Origin: Massalongia carnosa
Lineage: Eukaryota
Assembly: GCA_965645245.1 (NCBI GenBank)
Contig: OZ287083.1
Span: 248,001-312,000, forward strand
Direction: 5' to 3'
Length of the DNA stretch: 64,000 nucleotides
The notes below the pieces were generated by a model. It worked only from the letters and a program-made list of their open reading frames with translations, was not told where the DNA came from and searched no databases. The position numbers and the translations under genes are program-made. Positions 25,581 through 38,521 of this stretch are shown piece after piece (position 1 is the stretch's first letter; the number at the start of each line of letters is the position of its first letter).

Positions 25581-26609
25581 GATCAAGGAAAGGGTCGTGA
25601 ACAAGTTATGCTTGCTATACCGTCGAAAACAGAGTCACGGCTCCTGTTACTGAAAGACTGAAAAGGTACAGTAAACTTAGCAGCCGGGGAGATGACAATG
25701 ATTATATACTTGAACCGTATTCCTACGATACCGTCTGCGGCATGCCGTGTCAATGCATGTTGACTCAAGAATCCACCTCGCATCCAGCCAGAGGTTCTCT
25801 GAGCATCTGATTGACTTAGCTCGGCCTGAATAAAGCGAAAACACTCAGATATTTCTCGTCCGGAAAAGTGTTCTGAGTGCGTAAAGTACATGAATGGTTG
25901 AAAAGAATTGATTCCATGCGTATGTAGGCCATTCACACGAAAGCTCCAACGACAGAGAAAGAAAAGGAAAGAAGCGCAGGCAGAGAAAAAAGAGAAGTCC
26001 GTATGTCATCTATTACACTCCATTATCGCTTTAGCCAATAACTCGAGCTGCCCATACGTAGCCTCACTAACCAGCGAGCCGACGAAACACCATTGGAAGT
26101 CGCATCGAATGTTTCATCTGTGAAGACGGGATTGCAAGCTCCTAACTCAGAGAAGTCCGAAGACAGACTGACTAGATGCCCCGCTGGAGATCTTGGCCTC
26201 GAAACATTCATAGGCAAACGGAGGAGTGGTGAAACATATGGCGGGATGAGGCGAGGCTGGTGCGGGACAGCCTGGGCCCAAGACTCAAGAGAGCAGGAGT
26301 GATGACAAAGTCCAACGAGTCCCAAATCCCCAGCGACGGCACCTTGCCGAATATATTCAAGTCAGTCAAGGTCGCAAAGCGAAGAGAGGAGGACGAGAAG
26401 CAAAATACGCTAAATGAAGCGAGATTACTTGATACTATTGTTCCATGCCGTTTATAGTGTCCCGTTGGGTATATCAACCAAGTCAAATGCTCCCTCATCT
26501 CTCGTGTATCATGAAAACTTTTCCCAGCCAAACCAAAATCCATACTCGTCCAAAATCTCTAAGGAATCGCCATTCTCCGTAATCTAACGTCCAGAAGGCC
26601 CCATGTGAG

Positions 26610-28207
26610 TCACCTTTGGATGCCTTCTGAGGCCATCTCCTGCTGCCCTGGTGTTACCTTCACTCCTTGATCCTCATTCGCCACAACAGCCATCGCCTCC
26701 CCCAAGATCTCTAGCCCCTCCCTGATCTCCGCCTCGCTAATGATGAGCGGCGGCACGAACCGCAAGGTATTGATTCCGCAAGTAATAACCAGCAGTCCAC
26801 GCTCCCTGGCCGCCGTCACGATTGGCGCTGGGTCTCGAGTAAGTTGCAATCCTAAGATCAATCCGCGGCCGCGAATTTCCGAAATGAAATCTGGGAATCG
26901 TTGCTGTAGGGTCTGAAAACCTTGACGGAAGACTTGCTCCTTTTCCAATACGCCCTTTTGTAGCGAGGGATCCGACAATCGTGAAAAGATATAATGCGCC
27001 AGCCGGCAGGCGAGAGGGTTCCCTCCAAATGTCGTGCCATGGTCGCCCGTGGCAACGCATTTTGCGACACTTTCCGATACGATGGTCGCGCCGATGGGAA
27101 AGCCGTTCCCAAGCGCTTTGGCTGTGGTTAGAATATCTGGGTGCGCAGAGACTGGAAGGATCTGGTGCGCCCATAGCTGGCCAGTTCGGGAAAGACCGCA
27201 TTGAATCTCGTCGTAAACGAGAACGGCACCCACTTCGTTACACCGGTCCCGCAATGCCTGCAGGAAGGAGGGGGTGGCCACGTTGATGCCGCCCTCACCT
27301 TGAATAGGTTCAATGATGACACCACAAGTCTTTTGCGTTACCAGATCTTTGATGCCTGCTACATCGTTATATATCCCATATTTAAAGCCAGGAACCATAG
27401 GAGAGAATGGTTTCTGGTATTTGGGATTGGGAGTTGCGGACAAGGAACCCATCGTACGGCCGTGGAAGGAGTTCTGGAAGGAAACAATTTCGTACTGTTC
27501 GCCTGATGGATTCCGAACCTTCCCAACTTTACGTACGAATTTGATGGCGGCTTCGTTGGCCTCGCTACCGGAGTTGCAGATGAACACCTTGGAGGCTTCT
27601 TGCATGGAGCCCGATGCGACCGTTTTTTTAACTATTAGTTTGGAGAGTTCGCCCGTCCAAGGGTTATGATAGAGGTTTGAGGCATGTATCAAGGTTTGAG
27701 CCTATGAGAAATCGATTAGATCATAGAGTATTGCCCCTATTGAAAGTGCATCTGACTTGTTGTGCCATTAATTTCACCATCTCTAGGTCCGCGTGTCCGA
27801 GAGAATTGACCGCAATGCCAGCCGTGAAGTCCAAGTATCGACGGTTCTCCACATCCCAAAGGTAGCATCCTTCCCCTTTTACCATCATTGGCGGTGGGCG
27901 AACATACGTCGCTACCATGTACGGGGCGTGCTGGCTGATCATTGCTGCGGTGGGAGAGTCGGATTGGGGGTCAGGAGTAGGTAGAGAGGCTTCTTTCTGT
28001 GAGTTTAGTCAACAAAAGTCATCTTCAAAGTAGAGTCTCCTTGAAACCTACAAATATGTTTTTATGTCTAATCTCATCCGGCAACGTAGACGTGGGCACG
28101 GCCATTGCCGAGGCATTTCGCCTGTGTATTCTTGACTCAACTGCAAGCATACAAGGAGTAGCCCATACAGCTGTACCCACACGTTGAGAAGAAAAGCGCA
28201 AGGCCAT
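26610..28207 (-). CDS. ARG8: Acetylornithine aminotransferase, mitochondrial
   Basis: LDFTAGIAVNSLGH, NSGSEANEAA, FHGRTMG, EPIQGEGG, DEIQCGLSRTG and AKALGNG (PLP lysine); Arg/Ser-rich presequence; two introns. Confidence 0.95.
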
Positions 28208-28270
28208 CGTAGGTTCTGAAACGGAAGGCGAAGTTATCCCAGAGCAAAAGATGTAAGGAAATTGTGCTAA

Positions 28271-28277
28271 TGAGTCA
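28271..28277. promoter_or_regulatory. Gcn4/CpcA element TGAGTCA in the ARG8-SDH8 divergent promoter
   Basis: Perfect TGA(C/G)TCA 64 bp upstream of the ARG8 ATG; an E-box CACGTG lies at 28314-28319. Confidence 0.7.
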
Positions 28278-28409
28278 GTTTCTGTTACCCTTATCGATTG
28301 CAGGGGCTCACATCACGTGGTACGAGTCCACGGAGTAACTACATTGCTGTACGTAGTACTCTATACCTCGTCACAACGTCATACAAAGAATAAAAATCAC
28401 TCACCCAAA

Positions 28410-28898
28410 ATGCAAAAAACACGCTTTTTCGCCCCAACACGAGCAGTCTGTCGCTGCTTCTCCTCCACGCGCACTCCACTCCTCGCTACTCCCTTCCCCT
28501 CCAGTCCCGCCCCCCCACGCCTCCCAAAAGAAGAGCAAGACCGGTTCGAAACCCTTCAGAGATCCTCCACCGGCGCCTTCAGCACCCCGCACTCCCCCAC
28601 CACCTCTACCCTCAAACAACAACCGGTCACTGCCTCGCACGTTGACCAATCCTTACAAGTGCAGCTCGACGCAGCGACGCCGAACGAAGAGGGGCATGCG
28701 ACTGGGGCTGAGGGCGTGAGGGTGAAGGCCACGGGCGAGGGGGACGAGCTGCATCCGGATGTGAGAAGGGGGGTCCGGCCGGAGTTTGAGGGGGAGCGGA
28801 ACCCGAACACGGGGGAGGTTGGGGGGCCGAAGAATGAGCCGTTGAGGTGGGGGGGAGGCGTGGATTGGAGTTATAATGGGAGGGTCACGGATTTCTGA
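28410..28898 (+). CDS. SDH8: Succinate dehydrogenase assembly factor 4 (DUF1674)
   Basis: C-terminal NPNTGEVGGPKNEPLRWG..DWSYNGRVTDF; mitochondrial presequence-like N-terminus from ATG 28410. Confidence 0.92.
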   Translation: MQKTRFFAPTRAVCRCFSSTRTPLLATPFPSSPAPPRLPKEEQDRFETLQRSSTGAFSTPHSPTTSTLKQQPVTASHVDQSLQVQLDAATPNEEGHATGAEGVRVKATGEGDELHPDVRRGVRPEFEGERNPNTGEVGGPKNEPLRWGGGVDWSYNGRVTDF

Positions 28899-29596
28899 TA
28901 TGAGGTCTAGGAGGCTAGCATTTGAGGAGTCGGGAGCTAATGGTGTTGTGCTGTGGCTTTCTGGGTTAGGAAAGTGCTTTAAAGGCATAGGTTTAAAAGG
29001 TTAGTGGGCATGATTTGATTGATTGGGTCTAGTACAGCTGGATGACAATATTTGGGCATAAAGATGCCTGGATAAGTCACCCATCATTGATATTTGATCT
29101 TGGCTCAGGTATGATAGTAGCACTCAAACCTGTTCTTTCGCATATCAATAGTCCAATTTCTCAATTCATGTATGTAGGTCTGCTCTGCATACCCGATCAC
29201 CAACTCCATAACCGTCAACACGCCAAATCTCAAGGTGCCCTCCTCTATCTCACCCTTGGCTATTTTGGAATACTTGCTGTTCCTGGGAAGGGGAACTACG
29301 ATCACAACCGGCCCATTTTATCAGATAAGGCTAGCTGTAGTGAAGGTTTGCGAGACGCTAGGATCGAACAAGAGATATTAAAAGTGGGCTTGGTGCGATA
29401 GAGAGATCATCTAGTGTCCAACCCCAACGTCTCTGTATTGTTTTCATCTAGTATGCTGATGGGTTAAGAAAAAGCGCCTGCAATAATGATCTGTCAATTT
29501 GGTAAACTCGGTCAATGATAAAAGTGTTAGATGTTAGATGATGAGGCCACCATCAATATGGGCATCCATCATGAGCCCCTGGAGGTGCCTGGCAAA

Positions 29597-29950
29597 GTGT
29601 CTAAACAAGCAGATATGGGAGCCAAGGTCTGACCGTCAGGGTGCCTAAACAAGCAGATATGGGAGCCAAGGTCTGACCGTCAGGGTGCCTAAACAAACAG
29701 ATATGGGAGCCAAGGTCTGACCGTCAGGGTGCCTAAACAAGCAGATATGGGAGCCAAGGTCTGACCGTCAGGGTGCCTAAACAAACAGATATGGGAGCCA
29801 AGGTCTGACCGTCAGGGTGCCTAAACAAGCAGATATGGGAGCCAAGGTCTGACCATCAGGGTGCCTAAACAAGCAGATATGGGAGCCAAGGTCTGACCGT
29901 CAGGGTGCCTAAACAAGCAGATATGGGGGGACAAGGTCTAACCGTTTAGG
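29597..29950. repeat. 44-bp tandem minisatellite, 7 near-perfect copies plus 1 degenerate
   Basis: Head-to-tail unit GTGCCTAAACAAGCAGATATGGGAGCCAAGGTCTGACCGTCAGG with no spacers. Confidence 0.97.
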
Positions 29951-31133
29951 CTCCTTAGATGTGACTGTTTTGTGACTGCTATATAAAGCAGACAAATAGC
30001 CCACATAGATAATTACCTTCAATGACAATCATGCTATTTCACCTAAACCTGAATTTATCATTCATCAAAAAGGAAATAATCCATAATAGAGGCCCAATGA
30101 AGATCTTGCTTTGGTTGTTCCATATGCAGCTGGGCGAGCGCTGGACTAGGAAATTATAAAAAAGATATGCAGCATAGAATTTTTTCTAGCATTATACTTC
30201 GATTCCTGCGTATTTCATACTAGCAAGAGCTTCCTACCACCGATACCTCGAAAATCCTAAGGAATGCCAAGGTGATAAGCTTATTCCTTGGCTAACGAGG
30301 CATCGCAGCTCAAGCACCCTCAGGCCAAAGGCAAAAACACCACCAACTCGTAGTTAAGGAAAAAGTTCGGAAATGCTAACTTCAAGGATCAGAATTTAAT
30401 CTCCAATCTTCGCAGCCAGATTCCCGTTCAAGGAGGAATCAATCCGTTCACTGTTGGAAGCTGCGCTAACAGGAACCCGTGTTTCTGCAAAGTTCAAACT
30501 CGAGGGATATTCGCCTCAAGAGATTTCTCACCAAACCCCACACACCCGGAAACGAGCCTCACTTACCTCAAGTTTAGCGATCTAACCTTTGCACTTCCCC
30601 ATGCTCTTCCTTGAGCTCGGTGGGCTAATCTATAGGGAGAGCACTAGTATGGATACTGGCTTGGCTCCGACACTCGATTTTTAGTCGCGATCAATATCGA
30701 GGACCGTCAAGCGTGGGCCCTCTAGAATCCCGTCAACGAGAAAGATGTCAAGTATGAGGCTGGCGGGGAAGGGAAGTCAGACTCCTTCATTGACCATTCG
30801 ATTTCCTTAACGGCCCCTAGCTTCGAAAGACCACATACGGCCATCCCTTGAAACTGCTATTGTACGCTATATAATAACATGAAATGCCTATGGTTATTAT
30901 ATTTAGCTAGGAGGAGGATGAACATATATCCTAAAATATAATATGAATGAAACCAAAATTAATACAAACAGCAACTCCTTTGCGTCTCTGGCAATGAGGC
31001 AAGAAAGACTCGATTTTGAAGGCTAAGGCATTTGGTAGGCAAGAGACTGGACAGCGATGAAAAAGAGAGACGGCTTATATCTCAGCCCCCGATAGATGAA
31101 GGGGTAATTGTTCGAATTACAGACACGATAGTA

Positions 31134-32034
31134 TTACCCGACTCTTTTCCCCACTATCGTCAGGAAGTCACCAAGGATCATCCCATCATCTTCCAGTAGC
31201 AATTCCTTGAATTGTACATTGGAAGCAAGCTTGGAGATCTCAGTGCCCATGTAACTAGTCAGTAGTGCTCTTAACCGTTCGACACCTGGTTGCAACTGAG
31301 CAGTATTTAAATAAGCATATCTTAATAGTGATATGATGTCTCCAATGCGCCGGGGGTAAAGATTGTAGATAGAGAGTGTTGCATGAAGTCTCTGCAGGGC
31401 GAGCATCTTTAGAGGTTCGATATCGTATTTCTCTGCGAAGACGTATATGCGAGCATGAGATAGGAAGACCTCTGAGTAATTTTCGCAAGGTCCTTGATTG
31501 GGGCAAGGTTGGGCGGGGTTGAGATGACTTTGCTGAACAATATATTTACGACGAATGAAGGATTCCTTCATGTCCTCGTATGAAACAGCCTGCGGAGAAG
31601 CCGAACCAAAAACATATGAAGGTTTCTTATCTTTCTTTACTATTGACCTAGATGACCCCAAGTCATCAAAATCCGGTTTTAAAGGCTTTATTGAATTTGT
31701 AATGGTGTCAACTGGACTTTTTTCCTCTACATCCATGCTGACTTTGGCTGCAGCATATGTTCCTGTGTAGGCCCAACGAACAAAGCGGCCAAACGTTCCT
31801 TCATCTACATCCTCAAGGACCGCAAACCCATTCTGAGCCTCTGACATGTTGCCATTGATCATACGCTCCAGAGGGGATGAATAGAGGGCTATCAGACTCG
31901 CATGGATATACAGAGCTTTACTCTCAACAATAAACTTGAAGGGGATTGACTCAAAAATACTGAATACAAGAAAATTAGTTGATAGCATGTTCTGATGATG
32001 TACAGAGCTCTCACCTATCATCAGAATTAGACAT
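31134..32034 (-). CDS. Fungal BTB/POZ domain protein, 2 exons
   Basis: FKFIV..YIHASLI...MSEAQ...LEDVDEGTFGRFVRWAYTGTY and HARIYVFAEKYDIEPLK; intron 32014..31960. Confidence 0.85.
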
Positions 32035-33016
32035 TTATAAAGAATTTGCAAAGACTTTTAGTCTTGATGAGGGGCGATGAGTGAAGCTAAGTTAGAAGCA
32101 ATGTGCGCTCTCGCAAGGCTGAGATTGTGCACTCATCATTTATCCATCCATGTATCTATCTTCTACTGCTCTGATTCCCTTACTGTCCTTATTTTTCCTA
32201 TCGCTATTCTGTATGCTTATAACTCATCATATCTTTCTGCTGCTGTAAAGATCACTTAATGTATGAAATCATCCGATTTTGGTTCAGCCGGGCCTGCCAA
32301 CCAGATACCTAAACAAGCTGACCTGGTGTTGCTATATTTATGAAGTCTTCCGGCCAATTCACCCTGTCGACACCTTGTCTGTGGAAGCTTGAAAGGTCTT
32401 GCGGAATATTGATTATACTCTTCGTCACCCACCCGCTATAAAACATTGACAAGAGACCTAGCGTCAACTCTGCATCTGTCTATACACAGGTCGGCTAGGG
32501 TACTTTACTCTATGGACAAGATTATCCATGGCTGGGCAAGGTCTGATTGAAAGGAGTTCATGTCTCAGTCGTTAGGACTAGTTAAGGCTTTTATACTCTA
32601 ATTGCAATATTCTACCTAGCCAAAGCTGCCTACTGGAAAGTTAATGGACCGCATTACCATGTGTCAGTATCTCAGCTTCTTTTTAGTATTTCAACTCGTG
32701 AGCCATGATAGGCCTGTCCGCGGATGGAAAAGTATTTGAGAGTAAGAACAGCTGAGCTGTGGGGTTCAGTCCTGGCCTTGAGCAAGAATAATCAGGTCCT
32801 AGATTTTACTATGTTTTGTAAATAATTTACAGCCTCATGGACGAAGTTTCTGGTCTTGAAGTCAAGAAGAGCCAAGTTGAAAAAGTTTCACCAAACATAA
32901 TGTCCCGATAATAAAAATGGGTGTCGTTATAGTAGAAGCTACCCCAAGGGCAAAACTTTTCTCCAAAATGGAACTTTCAGATCTTGAATCGACGGTACGG
33001 AGTACATTTCACATTT

Positions 33017-34024
33017 ATGAAGTTGTTTCTCATTCGTCATGGAGAAACCGTCGACAATGTCGCGCAAGTATAGTAAGCGAAGCTCATAACGTACAATTCC
33101 TTGACTTCAAGACTAAGACATTTCAGCGCTGGCATTCAAGATTCCGCACTCACCATCCATGGTAATTTGCAGGCTGATCGCCTAGGGCGATACTTTGCAC
33201 AAGCTGGTCTGCATTTCACGAATATATTCTCTTCTGATTTACAGCGAGCCTATAAGACGGCTGAAGCAATTCGCCTGGCCCAGGACGTCAACGCCGCGGC
33301 AGGGAAGCTAGAAGTCGCTCAATTAGCCGTGTTGAGGGAGCAAGACTTTGGTATCTATGAAGGAAAACCCTTTCATGTCCGTCAGCGAATTTCCAAGGCA
33401 TCTGGGAAGGGTGAGCACAGATATCTATATAGTCAAGATCCAGTTTTCAAAGATGTGGAGTCGAAGGAGTCCATGAACTCCAGAATGGATAGCTTTATTC
33501 AAGCTCATCTTCTACTATTACTGCCAATAGAGAGCCCAAGGGCTGAGACCATCGTTGCTGTGGTCTCACATGGCATCATATTATCCCACCTGTGGAGGTG
33601 CTTTCTGAAACGGTTTCCGAAAAATAGTGTGACGCTTGGCCCAGACCTTACTTTAGGAAGGAAGGGTTCGACGGCTCTAGAATATCTCGGTGGTTGGTCC
33701 AATACAGGATACCTAGAATTAGACATTCAGCCAATGCGGATGGATGGTACTATTACTCATAGCGCAACGGACATTCAGCTTGTGAGTCAAAGTTCCGATG
33801 AAGGACCGCTATCTCACCGATTACCGATTAAAATGACCGTCAAGGCTGTGAATGGAAAAGAGCATTTGAAAAGTCTCAAACGCACCCGCGGGGGCGTTGG
33901 AAGTTCCAAATACGATGAAGGACAAACGAAGATCGAGGCATTCTTCAAGAAAACAAATATTAACTTGCTGGATGTATCGGTCCAAATGGACCTCGTCAGG
34001 GAAACCCCGACCAGGCCAGCATAA
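33017..34024 (+). CDS. Histidine phosphatase / phosphoglycerate-mutase family protein
   Basis: Exon 1 MKLFLIRHGETVDN, intron 33073..33126, then SSDLQRA, LREQDFG and VSHG. Confidence 0.9.
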
Positions 34025-35792
34025 AAAGGCTCGAAGTTGCATCCAGGGATGACCTCTATATGTTTCTGACACAGAAGTTATGACAGCGGAGTATGACGAC
34101 TCAATGAAGTAACTCCATCTGCTAACCTTTGAGCTTTTCTATCTCAACCTACATGGCCCTGATTAAAGCATCAGAAGTCGGTGATATCAATGCGCCCCCG
34201 CGTAGATCTACTGGCGGCACGTAGCCAGCGCCAAAGAAATGTACTTTGCAGTATTCTGTAAGACCCGATCCTTCCTTTTTCCCTTAAGCATATCCCTACC
34301 TCTATGATGATGCAAATATCACAACACAGACCTGTTCTGAATTACCTTGTGGATAAGATATTTTACCAACTGCTGTCTGAGAGTCGTCTAATCTATAACC
34401 GTATTTCACCTTTACTTCGCTGCTTCCACACTGCTAATTCCCCGTAAATTTCAGTAGGTGGTTTGGAGCCTGGCTTACGCAGCCCGAAGGATGTTAATCC
34501 TCAAAGAATTGACCGCAACGCGAATGACGGCTGCCAGTTTCGACTCTACTTGGTTACCGACTGTCTTTGGCGGCCCTAACCGCACTGCCTCTCCATCTCA
34601 TGGTATCCATGTGAACAGCGCCCCGAGAAGAATGCCATCAGCGCCGTCCCCGTGTCGGTAGGAAGCCGAAGCACGGCGGACAAATTTCCATCCGTCCCCA
34701 CAGGGAACATGTGTTCGTCGTGGAAACATACAATCTAATGGCCTGAAATGTACATGATGATGGTGATACCATATGTGTGGTGCAGAGTTCGTGATTCTAC
34801 AGTGTGCTGGTTCCCGATCGTCTTTTCCCCTCTTGCGTGGATCTATGGCTGCAATAGTAGTTACTCTGTACTTCGTACTCTGTCCTCTAATCGTTATTAC
34901 CGTATGGATGATTGTCCCCTAGAGCCAATGAACTCTCCAATATTTGTGCTTCGGCAATAACTACCGCAAGGCTAGCCCGTTCCATTCTGATTACGAGTCC
35001 TTTCGCCACAGCGATGAGCTCGGTCGGGCCAGATGGCTTGCGTGTTCCCCGCCCCAACGCACCAGCCACACCATGACATAATAGTAGACAACTCGCTAGG
35101 TAGGTATTCGGCAGTCTCGGCCCCGCCCCGGCTTAGGTTCCCGGATTCTTTGGCTTGCCCTGATTTTCCCTCTCTCATGTTGACGTCGTTGTCCCACAAA
35201 AACGAAACATCCGCATCGTCATTGAAAAGCTCCTATCAGCGATCCCCGTCCAGGATCTTGTGCTGCAACGTGATACAAACTACGCACGACGGAGGCAAGC
35301 TTCTTCCAGTCTTGGCTGCTGATCAGCGTGTTCCAAAGGAAAAGGCCAGGATGTAGCGATCAGTATGCAAGTGCGATGGGTTTCTTGGCATGATTCTTGG
35401 CAGTAATCCCTCTCCCCTATGCTCTGGACCAAGAAACACATGGCAATCTACTTAGTTGTACACGGCCAAAACTTGGAAATCCGCATGGGGGAATTTCATT
35501 CACCGTCTGCTTGATGATCTGATTGGCTGGTTTCGCAAGTCCTTCTGTAGCGAGTCGATCGTGATTCGTCAATCGGCTGCTAGGGCCACTCTGCGCACTT
35601 CCCGCCATTTCGTTTCCCGAACAAAGAGAGGTTGGTCCCAGCCACAGTCGAAACATGCTGCTCATCACGCATTCATGAGCTAAACACTAAACACTGAACG
35701 GAAGCATACCTATTTGAAGTCATTCCCCATTCTTAAATCTGTGCATTTTCATCCTCATTCTCACTTTCATTCTCCATCTTCACTGCATTCTT

Positions 35793-35823
35793 CCTAGATC
35801 CTCCTAGATCCTCCTAGATCCTC
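35793..35823. repeat. 10-bp tandem repeat (CCTAGATCCT)x3 in a 5' region
   Basis: Read directly. Confidence 0.7.
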
Positions 35824-35881
35824 CAGCCCATTGCGTTCCATCGTCATAGCTAATCACAATAATATCCCCGCTACTAAAACT

Positions 35882-37144
35882 ATGTTTTCCGCCTCCGCCC
35901 GCCTCATCTTGGCCCTAGCGCCCGCTCTCGCTTATGCGCAAGACGTCTACACTGCCACTGTAGTCGTTACCGAAGCGCAATATACCGTCACTGAGACGGT
36001 CAAAATGCAACCGGTCATTGCGACACGGACCATCATCATCACCGCCCCAGTCGACCAGATCAGCTCGATAGCCGGGAGCATTCCATACACCGCTGAGGTG
36101 GATGAACCGCAACAAGGCGGGCAAGTTCTCCCCATTACCATCCATGGCTACGTGACATCTATCTTCTTACCCGCGTCGGCCTCGATACCCACCGGAATTA
36201 CTCTGGCGCCCATTACCCCTGTCATCATCCCAGCACCGACGGCAGAGGCATCAAGCTTGGTGTCCGCGGTCTCAGGCAACTTGGCGTCAGGTACGTACTG
36301 GTCGCGAAATCCTGACGCCTGTCCAGACATTAGCATTAACGTTCACGTAGAAACGTCGGTGATTGTAGCCTCAGCAACCTCCCAAGCCGACCACGTGGTT
36401 CAGTCCGCCACTGCCGTCATCTCACAAGCCTCCGATGGCGTTGCGTCCGCCGCGTCCAGCGTAGCATCCGACGTCACCATACTTCCCATTCCCGTGGTCC
36501 CCAACCCCACAGAGGCTTCTTCCGTCATCGCCAATGCCGAAACCACCCTTTCCTCCGACGCCGCTCAGGTGTCATCTGTAATCTCCGCGGTTCCCTCGCA
36601 AGCCAGCGCCGCCGTGGCCGACGCGAGCTCCAAAGTCGCTTCGGCGGCAAGCTCCGCCGTCTCGGAAGCCAGCGCTAACATCGCTTCGGTGACCGCAGCC
36701 GCCACAACATTGGTGTCGGAGTTCAGCTCCAAGATTGTGATTGCGTCCTCGGGGGCTAAATCGGAACTCTCCTCCCTCAGCGCCGAAGCGTCGATTCTCG
36801 CCTTGACATCCATCCTGTCAGAATCGAGCAAGCTTTCCGCAGATATCGGCGGCACGCTTACCACCACCGCCGTCGTGACCACCACCGGACCCTCCAGCTT
36901 AGTCACTCAGACCGTCTCGTCGACTGACTCGTCGACCGACTCATCGACCGACTCGTTGACCGACTCGAGTTCGGCGCCGGCGTCCACGACGACCACAACC
37001 GCTACTTCCAGCACTGCTCACTCGTCTCCAAGCAGCAGCAGCACCGCCGCACCGGCCAACTCGGGCGCTTCACCGCTCCGGATGGCCGGCGAGTGGGCGA
37101 TCGGACCGATGATCGCTGGCTTGGCTATGATGATGCTGCTTTGA
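35882..37144 (+). CDS. Ser/Ala/Thr-rich secreted, probably GPI-anchored cell-wall protein
   Basis: Signal peptide MFSASARLILALAPALAYA, S/T/A-rich body, NSG omega-site-like motif and hydrophobic tail. Probable in-frame 60-nt intron at 36291-36350. Confidence 0.82.
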   Translation: MFSASARLILALAPALAYAQDVYTATVVVTEAQYTVTETVKMQPVIATRTIIITAPVDQISSIAGSIPYTAEVDEPQQGGQVLPITIHGYVTSIFLPASASIPTGITLAPITPVIIPAPTAEASSLVSAVSGNLASGTYWSRNPDACPDISINVHVETSVIVASATSQADHVVQSATAVISQASDGVASAASSVASDVTILPIPVVPNPTEASSVIANAETTLSSDAAQVSSVISAVPSQASAAVADASSKVASAASSAVSEASANIASVTAAATTLVSEFSSKIVIASSGAKSELSSLSAEASILALTSILSESSKLSADIGGTLTTTAVVTTTGPSSLVTQTVSSTDSSTDSSTDSLTDSSSAPASTTTTTATSSTAHSSPSSSSTAAPANSGASPLRMAGEWAIGPMIAGLAMMMLL

Positions 37145-38521
37145 TAATGCTTTCGCGCAACAACTGGGGGCGGTAATTACGAATCGATATCGATATTCAG
37201 GGACGGCTTGATGAAACATGACACGTTTGGAGCGATGAATCACTGCTTTTTCTCTCCCCTTGGAGCGTGGGAGACGGGTCGACCGTGTTGTAATGGCTTT
37301 TTTTCACGTGCATAATTCCCTTTCTTTAGCGGAGGAATTTTTTTGCCCGTTCAGGCGGCGATTTGGACGGATTGGAGATGGATGGCTGGGCGGGGGTGCT
37401 TGATACCCAAATTCCTTCATGTTTTCTGTTTAGCGGATGCGATTTTATTCCCTCTTCCCTTTCTCTCTTTCTCTCGATGATGTACATAGCGTGCAGATGT
37501 CCATAATGGCACACCTAGGCCGTAATCAGGTTGGCTCACGCACCTACTTTATGTAGCTAGCTGGTTGGTTGGAATACCTAGGTAGTTATTACTGTCCAAA
37601 TCACACCGAGCTTAATTTGCATAAAGGAAAACCTACCTATCCACTACCCTTTCTTTCTTCCTTCCTCTTCCCCCCCCCCAAACCCCGGTGATGATTTTTC
37701 CTAATTGCTCATACATATACATATTTGCTTAGTCTAACGTTTCTAATGCCTATTTATGCTTTTTTACACTATTTAGGGTAATTGCTCATATAGGTACATA
37801 ATCTACCCCTTTTTCCAAATCCGTCCAACCTAACTCATATCCTCTGGTTAGCCAAAGCAGACAGACAGATAGAGCGATAAACCTAGATAGGTAAAAAAGC
37901 AAAACTCTTCGTTCCTTCCTCTTATTTTGGTTCGTTTTGTTTTTCCTCCTCCCTCTTTCATCTTTCACTCTTTTATCCCTCTCTCCCTCCCTCCCTTCCT
38001 TCCCAATAACAACAACACTATTCCCCTCCACCTCACCAGGAAACATGGATAGATAGATGAATGATTTCCTCTATTGGTGGTGATGGGTGGTATGGGAAGG
38101 GAAGGGAAGGGGAGGGGAGGGGAGGGATGGAGTCGAGGGGCTGGAAAAGAAAAGAAAGAAAAAAAAATGTTGAAAGGAGAAGGGAAGGAAAGCGAGAGAA
38201 CGAAGTAGAGAAACGAAGCGGACGCCGGATTAGGTAGCTGATGTAGTCAAGCCCCCAAGGAAAAAAAAAAAAAAAAAGGTAGTGCAAGCTTGAGTTTTGT
38301 TTGTTTGATTGGCGGGTGGGAATGGGGAAAAGTCGGATGAGGGTATAGGGTGGCATGAGTATAAACCTAAGTATTTGCCTATCTATTTACATGCCGACAT
38401 GCACTTACCTACTGAACTGTAATATGTTGTATTTTTAGCCGTAAGAGCACCTACACTCACATTCTCCAATAGCATCAAGAAAAAGCCCCCCCCCCCAACA
38501 CAGAAACACCACTCGCCCGCC

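Noticed and set aside
29597..29950. CRISPR-like array
   Set aside because: The units are contiguous with no unique spacers, there are no cas genes, and the context is eukaryotic.
30260..30615. Possible small spliced gene after the minisatellite
   Set aside because: An intron-like signal exists, but no coherent start-to-stop model or recognisable protein could be built.
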